Positions 27,301 through 32,000 of a DNA stretch of 32,000 nt are shown here, piece by piece (position 1 is the first letter of the stretch; every line of letters begins with the position of its first letter). The stretch covers positions 3,930,001 through 3,962,000 of the forward strand of contig NC_010296.1 of assembly GCF_000010625.1 (NCBI RefSeq), read 5' to 3'. The position numbers and the translations under genes were made by a program. The notes under the pieces were generated by a model. The model had not been told where the DNA came from and ran no database searches. It saw nothing but the letters and a program-made list of their open reading frames with translations. The DNA is from Microcystis aeruginosa NIES-843. Its GTDB lineage: Bacteria > Cyanobacteriota > Cyanobacteriia > Cyanobacteriales > Microcystaceae.

Positions 27301-28017
27301 ATGAAGCTGCTTACCCCCCTATCCACCTCTCGTTTAATTCTTGATACCACGCGCACGAGTCTGTTTACCGTCGGTCAAGAAAATCTACCCAGCCAAGGAG
27401 TGGCGATCGTGGTAAGTAACCATCGTAGCTTTTTGGACGCGCCGATCTTAATTCAAGCTTTGGGCAAAACTCTCCCGATCGCCTGTCATCACTACATGGG
27501 AAAAACGCCGCTTTTGCGGGAATTAATCGGAGAATTGGGCTGTTTTCCCTTTGATACCCCTGAAAAACGCCACCGGACTTTTTTTCGGCAAGCAACGGAT
27601 TTTTTACAGTCCGGACGATGGATCGGTTTATTTCCAGAAGGTGGATCGCCGATGTTAAATTTGACTGATCCTCGTCAAATTAGCCGTTTTCAGAGCGGAT
27701 TTGCCCATTTAGCCCTGCGTTGTCCCGTGGAGAATTTATTTGTCTTACCTGTGGCTATTCTCTCCGAGTCGGAAACTGTTATTAGTCCTTTTCCCGTGCG
27801 TTTGCTACGCTGGTTAGATACCACGGAACCTTTATTCGATCAAGATGGTTGGCATCCCGTTGTCTTTTATCATCGTGTCAAGGTGGCGATCGGTCGTCCC
27901 TATGGAATTACTGAAAGCGATCGCTCAGATTATCAAGGTAAACAAGGAAAAAAAGCCCTTAATCGTTTAATTGGTCATTGCCAGTCGGAAATTGGCGATT
28001 TATTGCTGAAAGGGTAA
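27301..28017 (+). CDS. Lysophospholipid (1-acyl-sn-glycerol-3-phosphate) acyltransferase family protein
   Basis: The H-x4-D motif in VSNHRSFLDAP and the FPEGG motif in IGLFPEGGS. 238 aa. Confidence 0.8.
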   Translation: MKLLTPLSTSRLILDTTRTSLFTVGQENLPSQGVAIVVSNHRSFLDAPILIQALGKTLPIACHHYMGKTPLLRELIGELGCFPFDTPEKRHRTFFRQATDFLQSGRWIGLFPEGGSPMLNLTDPRQISRFQSGFAHLALRCPVENLFVLPVAILSESETVISPFPVRLLRWLDTTEPLFDQDGWHPVVFYHRVKVAIGRPYGITESDRSDYQGKQGKKALNRLIGHCQSEIGDLLLKG

Positions 28018-28127
28018 GTCAGGAGGCAGTCGGCAGCTTTTTTCTTCCCACTTCCTAACTCATAATTGATACTGGAGTGATTTGTTATAAGTAGGGAGAC
28101 ACAATTATTTGTAGTGGACTGTTTCAG

Positions 28128-28979
28128 CTAATTTGGTGCAATAGATTCTCCCGATTCCTCCTCCTCAAACACAGGATAAAGATGTTTCAGCTTGACCCTA
28201 GCATCGCTGGTCGTAAACGTCCATATTACTGTAGATGCAGTCTGATTACGTTCTTTTTGCCAGGTTTCTATCTCCCTTTTCAGTTCTTCCTTGCTAGAAA
28301 TCCTTCTATCTAAACATTGCCTCGATAAGACGCTTAGTTCAGTTTCGGCTACATTTAACCAGCTACCATTACGAGGTGTGTAATAAATTTCCAGTCTTCT
28401 AGCTAAACGATGAGCAACGGGTGCTGGAAATGCTTCATAAAGCGAGGCTATGTTATGAGTGTTGAGATTATCACAGACGAGCTTGACTTTTCGAGCCTTT
28501 GGATAGTCCACATCCAATAATTGACGAATTTCTTCTGCCCAATCTATTCGGGTTCGACTATCTCGGTTACTCACCCGTCTCCATCCTCGATGGGGGTCAA
28601 AAAACATGAACAAGGCTTGAACCCCTTCACGACTATAGTGATAGTCTTCTTTTTTATCTTGTCCAGGTTGCATGGGTATCGGAGGGTAAACTTCTCCAAG
28701 TAGTTGCTTTGATGCTTCATCCATCGCGATTAACGGTTCTTCTTCCGATGGCTGAGTGCCATACAGGTCAAGGACAACTTCCATCTGGGCAACAAATCGG
28801 GCTAAATCCTGTTCCGGAATACAGTATCTTTGGGTTTTCCAAGGGCGTAATTGGTTTTTTTTAGAGTACGCCACACCGTTGGACTGGAAATCTCGGTGAT
28901 AATTTGTCTTTGTTTGAGTTCCGAGGTTAATAGTCGGATTGTCCACTCGGCTCGGCCAGATGGTGGCTCCGAACAGCAC
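28128..28979 (-). CDS. IS630 transposase, downstream frame (DDE catalytic part, orfB), reached by a -1 frameshift
   Basis: VCDNLNTHN and WLNVAETELS are the DDE blocks. This frame is -1 relative to orfA. The functional product would join at the A8 run (28855-28862), so the N-terminal part of this track ORF is not expected to be translated as such. Confidence 0.8.
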   Translation of the reverse strand: MLFGATIWPSRVDNPTINLGTQTKTNYHRDFQSNGVAYSKKNQLRPWKTQRYCIPEQDLARFVAQMEVVLDLYGTQPSEEEPLIAMDEASKQLLGEVYPPIPMQPGQDKKEDYHYSREGVQALFMFFDPHRGWRRVSNRDSRTRIDWAEEIRQLLDVDYPKARKVKLVCDNLNTHNIASLYEAFPAPVAHRLARRLEIYYTPRNGSWLNVAETELSVLSRQCLDRRISSKEELKREIETWQKERNQTASTVIWTFTTSDARVKLKHLYPVFEEEESGESIAPN

Positions 28980-29305
28980 AGGGCAATGATTTGGGCGGCG
29001 GCGGCTCCATCAACTTTTGCCGGAGTGGGGGGAGTTTTTCTCGATTTCCGTTCTAATGCTGGTTTTTCGCCTTTTTGAAGAAATCTTTGACGAATACGTC
29101 CCACTGTATTTCTATGAACTTCTAAAGCTTCGCCTATTTCTTCATCTGTCCATTTCCTTTTCGCCTGTTCTCCCTCGTCACACATCAGCAAAATCCGAGC
29201 GTGGAGAATTTTTTTAGCTGGTGCATAGCCATTACGACTGATTTGTTCGAGGTTTTCTCTTTGTTCCCCTGTTAGATTGACTTTATCTCGCCGACCTCTT
29301 CCCAT
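28802..29305 (-). CDS. IS630 transposase, upstream frame (HTH DNA-binding part, orfA)
   Basis: MGRGRRDKVNLTGEQRENLEQISRNGYAPAKKILHARILLMCDEG... is a helix-turn-helix N-terminal domain. It overlaps orfB by 178 nt. Confidence 0.85.
   Translation of the reverse strand: MGRGRRDKVNLTGEQRENLEQISRNGYAPAKKILHARILLMCDEGEQAKRKWTDEEIGEALEVHRNTVGRIRQRFLQKGEKPALERKSRKTPPTPAKVDGAAAAQIIALCCSEPPSGRAEWTIRLLTSELKQRQIITEISSPTVWRTLKKTNYALGKPKDTVFRNRI
28855..28862 (-). other. A8 slippery run: candidate programmed -1 ribosomal frameshift (or transcriptional slippage) site of the IS630 transposase
   Basis: The minus strand reads CTA AAA AAA ACC in the orfA frame. The same bases read TCT AAA AAA AAC in the orfB frame, one nucleotide back. 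Confidence 0.6.
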
Positions 29306-29521
29306 GATTGATGTCCTCTGCTTGTTCGAGCTATTGCCCTATTTTAGCTGAAACAGTCCAGTAGGATGGGTTAGCAGTAGCCTAACATGATCGGGCGTTG
29401 GGTTTCATGCTTCAACCGTTCGGCAAAAGCTCACGGCCGAAGCCCAACCTTGAATGATATTATCAGTCTAACTCTCGGTCGGGTGCAGTGATTGGTTAGA
29501 CAGATGGAGTTTAGATGAAGT

Positions 29522-29746
29522 TTATGGAGATTTCCACTCTCCTTCTGGGATCATGGCTGTAATCATGATGTTACGCAATGTTCCAGTAGGTAAATCTCTC
29601 CCTTGATGGTAAGGTACGATAACTTGAGTATCTTGATCCCTACCACGCCATTTTCTATGACTACCCTTCTGAGAGATCAGTTCAAAGTTATACTTGCGTA
29701 ATATGCGCTCAACCTCGTCAGCATTCATTCTCCTGAGTCGAGTCAT
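29522..29746 (-). CDS. hicA: HicA toxin (mRNA interferase)
   Basis: MNADEVERILRKYNFELISQKGSHRKWRG...VIVPYHQGRDLPTGTLRNIM is the HicA pattern with the catalytic GSH. The likely start is the internal MNADEV. It overlaps hicB by 4 nt. Confidence 0.85.
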   Translation of the reverse strand: MTRLRRMNADEVERILRKYNFELISQKGSHRKWRGRDQDTQVIVPYHQGRDLPTGTLRNIMITAMIPEGEWKSP

Positions 29747-29946
29747 CCCACCATAACCTCACGGATTACTGCTCCTGGTAGAAGGTCGATAGCATCAGGT
29801 TGTAAATAAAGCTCGATCGCTTCGCGTATATTATTGAGAGCTTCCTCTTGTGTAATACCGGCAGATGTGCATCCGGGCAGTTCCGGACACCAAATTGCCC
29901 ATTCGTTTGTATCGGGATCCGGTTCAAGTATCACTCGCCATTTCAT
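29743..29946 (-). CDS. hicB: HicB antitoxin (short form, HicB/UPF0150 fold only)
   Basis: WRVILEPDPDTNEWAIWCPELPGCTSAGITQEEALNNIREAIELYL is the HicB N-domain. At 67 aa it has no appended DNA-binding domain. Confidence 0.85.
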   Translation of the reverse strand: MKWRVILEPDPDTNEWAIWCPELPGCTSAGITQEEALNNIREAIELYLQPDAIDLLPGAVIREVMVG

Positions 29947-30126
29947 AGGGACTAAATCCTTAGAGAACTACCCAAGATGATAACAGATGGACTCCACAAG
30001 CATAATCAATGCTCAAGCCCGGGATGACTCGATAGTGGTTCACGTTGAAAAAGCTCCCAATTCCATATCTTCGTTAGAAAGGCTTTGCTGCCATTTTAAT
30101 TCACTTTCAATATCTTCTAGCAATTG

Positions 30127-30164
30127 ATAATTCATAATTCATAATTCATAATTCATAATTCATA
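30127..30164. repeat. Heptamer tandem array ATAATTC x5.4
   Basis: Read directly, 11 nt downstream (minus-strand sense) of the ParB-like gene's stop. On the minus strand it gives ATG every 7 nt, just after an AAGGAG. Confidence 0.9.
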
Positions 30165-30174
30165 CTCCTTTTTC

Positions 30175-30867
30175 TTATTGCGCCAATATTCTGACTAGCT
30201 CTGCTTTCTTCATCTTGCTTAAACCAACGATTCCTTTTTCTTTGGCTAGAGTCTTTAATTCAGAAACAGTCTTGAGTTTGAGAGTTTCTTCTGAAAACTC
30301 CTCAATCACTGCATCTTGTTGAGATTGAGGAGTGAGATAAAAGACAGTTTTGAGTAAATCTAATCCCTTCCCTTTTGTAATTCCACACTTGAGGGCAACA
30401 ATTGAATCTAAACTCTTCCAGAATTGACGGGGAGCCTCATCAATCCTAGCAGTAGCAGTAGCTAATTTAATTGTTTTTAGTGGGCTATTCGGTTGTTCAA
30501 TCAAGAACTGTAAAGCAGATTTAATTTCTTCTCTTGAAGCTGTTGACAGATTTAGTTTTGGGGTTTCTTCTCTTGCCAAAACTCTGGATATATTCCTAGC
30601 ATCTTCTGTTCCATCGGCAATAATACACCAAATTCTTTCTAGTCCAGCCCTTTCAGCCACAGCATAAACAAATGAGTTGCCGATAACTTCATAGCGATCC
30701 TCTGATAGTTCTTTCACGATTACAGGCAGCCAATTGCGTCCACCTGTCTGCTGTAATAGTTTAGCAGTAGCTTCAATTAAAAAACTATCAGCATCGGTCC
30801 CATTGGTAATTTCTATTTCATCTAGGTATAGATACTTCAAAGTACCAATATCGGTATATTCCATCAT
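30175..30867 (-). CDS. ParB/Srx-like N-domain protein with a degenerate arginine patch and a C-terminal Rho_N/SAP-like domain
   Basis: LPVIVKELSEDRYEVIGNSFVYAVAERAGLERIWCIIAD follows the ParB N-domain layout, but has GNSFVYA where canonical ParB has GERRxRA. The C-terminal TVSELKTLAKEKGIVGLSKMKKAELVRILAQ matches the Rho N-terminal helix-hairpin. The start overlaps the upstream ORF's stop (ATGA). Confidence 0.6.
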   Translation of the reverse strand: MMEYTDIGTLKYLYLDEIEITNGTDADSFLIEATAKLLQQTGGRNWLPVIVKELSEDRYEVIGNSFVYAVAERAGLERIWCIIADGTEDARNISRVLAREETPKLNLSTASREEIKSALQFLIEQPNSPLKTIKLATATARIDEAPRQFWKSLDSIVALKCGITKGKGLDLLKTVFYLTPQSQQDAVIEEFSEETLKLKTVSELKTLAKEKGIVGLSKMKKAELVRILAQ

Positions 30868-32000
30868 TGTAAAAAATACTCCTTTGCTAAGTCTTTGTAA
30901 TAGTCATAAGCGGAACGATTTTTATAAACGGCTGGCACGCGAGCGAAAGCAGCACTGGCTATAATAGCGTATTCTGGCAGGTGATGAATATGTAAATCTT
31001 TTTTGGCATTAGTGTATCTGGGATAAAAATAGGGTAAAAGGGTTTTGTCATTTTTTAGTATTTGATTAATTTCTTTTTGGGCAAGCTCTAACTGTGGTTG
31101 AGTAATCTTCTCACCGTTGAAAAAAATTGGTAAGGCTATGGGAGTCCCATCTTTTTTTAATTTTTGCATTTGCGGCAGAAACTCCTTGATGGCAGTGGCT
31201 GCATTATTAAGGGAGAATGAATTGTTATGTTTTGTGGGTAAGAGGACAACATCGGCAGCATAAACAGCCAGCCGGCTAGTAAATCGCCAATTGGGAGCTG
31301 CATCTATAAAAATGTAATCATATTCATATCTAGCTAAGTCTAATTTTCTATGGAGAGTGGATATTGTCATTTTAGCATTATACTCCAATTCCGGATACTC
31401 TGCCATTTTAGGCTCAGCAGGAACAACATCGAAGGTAATTTGTAGTTTTGAATTCTTAAAAGTATAGGGACGAATCACTGATTTTAGTTCAATATTGCGG
31501 TCAGTTAAAGTCTTTTCTAGTAGGCCATCTTCTGGTTCGATATTTAGGATAGATTTAGTTAAATCTCGTTGATTAAAATCAAAGTCTAAAACTAGAACTT
31601 TTTTACCTAAAAAGGCAAGGAAAGCGGCAAGATTTACGGTTGTGGTGGTTTTGCCTATACCGCCTTTATTATTGTAAACAGTAACCGTTAATGCTTTGGG
31701 AGTATTGTCAATTTTTGTTTTGATCCGAGCTACAGTCTCATCAATGTTCTCAGGGGTTAGCTCTATGCAAGTAGTGGCAGGAAAAATGGTTTTACCATGT
31801 TTTCTAAATAACTGGATGTGTGAACTATTATTGATAATTCCCCATTGGGATGCTTGACACTTAGTCCCTAATAACTGACGCTTTAACTGATTGACAGTTG
31901 CCTTATAACTTGGACTATTTTCAGTTAGGTTAATATCTCTACCTTTTAACTCTATCAGCAGAAAAGGATTACTCTTTGTCTGCAAAAAAATATCCTTTTC
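30864..32000 (-). CDS. Fusion protein: PD-(D/E)xK HsdR_N-like domain + ParA/MinD-class P-loop ATPase. The 5' end probably lies beyond the right window edge.
   Basis: The ATPase has a deviant Walker A NNKGGIGKTTTT (31648-31668), then VLVLDFD and a Walker B YIFIDAAP. N-terminal to it, (EK)DIFLQTKSNPFLLIELKGRD...VNQLKRQL...WGIINNSSHIQLFRK fits a D...ExK nuclease-fold core of the HsdR_N type. The frame stays open from 31985 to position 32000, so the track's TTG start is probably internal. Confidence 0.7.
   Translation of the reverse strand, partial: EKDIFLQTKSNPFLLIELKGRDINLTENSPSYKATVNQLKRQLLGTKCQASQWGIINNSSHIQLFRKHGKTIFPATTCIELTPENIDETVARIKTKIDNTPKALTVTVYNNKGGIGKTTTTVNLAAFLAFLGKKVLVLDFDFNQRDLTKSILNIEPEDGLLEKTLTDRNIELKSVIRPYTFKNSKLQITFDVVPAEPKMAEYPELEYNAKMTISTLHRKLDLARYEYDYIFIDAAPNWRFTSRLAVYAADVVLLPTKHNNSFSLNNAATAIKEFLPQMQKLKKDGTPIALPIFFNGEKITQPQLELAQKEINQILKNDKTLLPYFYPRYTNAKKDLHIHHLPEYAIIASAAFARVPAVYKNRSAYDYYKDLAKEYFLQ

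Larger units (their letters stand above)
28114..29361 (-). mobile_element. IS630-family insertion sequence, complete (1248 bp), with TA target-site duplication
   Basis: The 31-bp terminal inverted repeats match at 26 of 31 positions. One is GTGGACTGTTTCAGCTAATTTGGTGCAATAG at 28114. The other is CTGGACTGTTTCAGCTAAAATAGGGCAATAG, the reverse complement ending at 29361. TA flanks both ends (28112-28113 and 29362-29363). Confidence 0.85.

Noticed and set aside
29380-29450. Imperfect inverted repeat GTTGGGTTTCATGCTTCAACCGTTCGGC…GGCCGAAGCCCAAC between IS630 and hicA. It is reminiscent of the GTTGGGTT…AACCCAAC-type repeats common in cyanobacterial genomes.
   Set aside because: There is only one copy in the window, the pairing is poor, and there is no adjacent T-run or ORF. 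The support is not enough to call it an element or a terminator.

Overview
This looks like a cyanobacterial chromosomal window. The evidence is frequent HIP1 GCGATCGC sites, many period-7 tandem arrays, the gene content and a heavy IS load. A Microcystis-like unicellular cyanobacterium fits best, but that is inference, not a search result.

Housekeeping backbone:
- anmK, translationally coupled to a thioredoxin-fold ORF
- a plant-type 2Fe-2S ferredoxin
- hemC and glyQ
- a complete str operon (rpsL-rpsG-fusA-tuf-rpsJ, minus strand) with a consensus sigma70-type promoter and a terminator
- a NYN/LabA-like gene, metG, and a PlsC-type acyltransferase

Accessory and mobile DNA between these genes:
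- two different tnpB-only IS200/IS605-family elements; one runs off the left edge, the other is complete with a putative omega-RNA and right-end hairpin
- an IS1634/IS4-family element with terminal inverted repeats and a 6-bp target duplication
- an IS5-like (DDE_Tnp_4) element
- an IS630 element with TA duplication and an A8 -1 frameshift site
- a Ser/Thr kinase fused to an FGE-sulfatase domain
- a PLAT-less mini-lipoxygenase with all iron ligands
- a decayed PIN-toxin remnant

Three toxin-antitoxin or conflict-type loci stand out:
1. A HigB-like toxin plus a HigA-HTH::ImmA/IrrE metalloprotease fusion, behind a perfect palindromic operator, followed by a NurA-like nuclease.
2. hicBA.
3. At the right edge, a translationally coupled pair: a PD-(D/E)xK(HsdR_N-like)-ParA-type ATPase, and a degenerate ParB/Srx protein with a Rho_N tail.

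I rate the third locus as the best candidate for an undescribed system. No rRNA, tRNA or CRISPR array was found.
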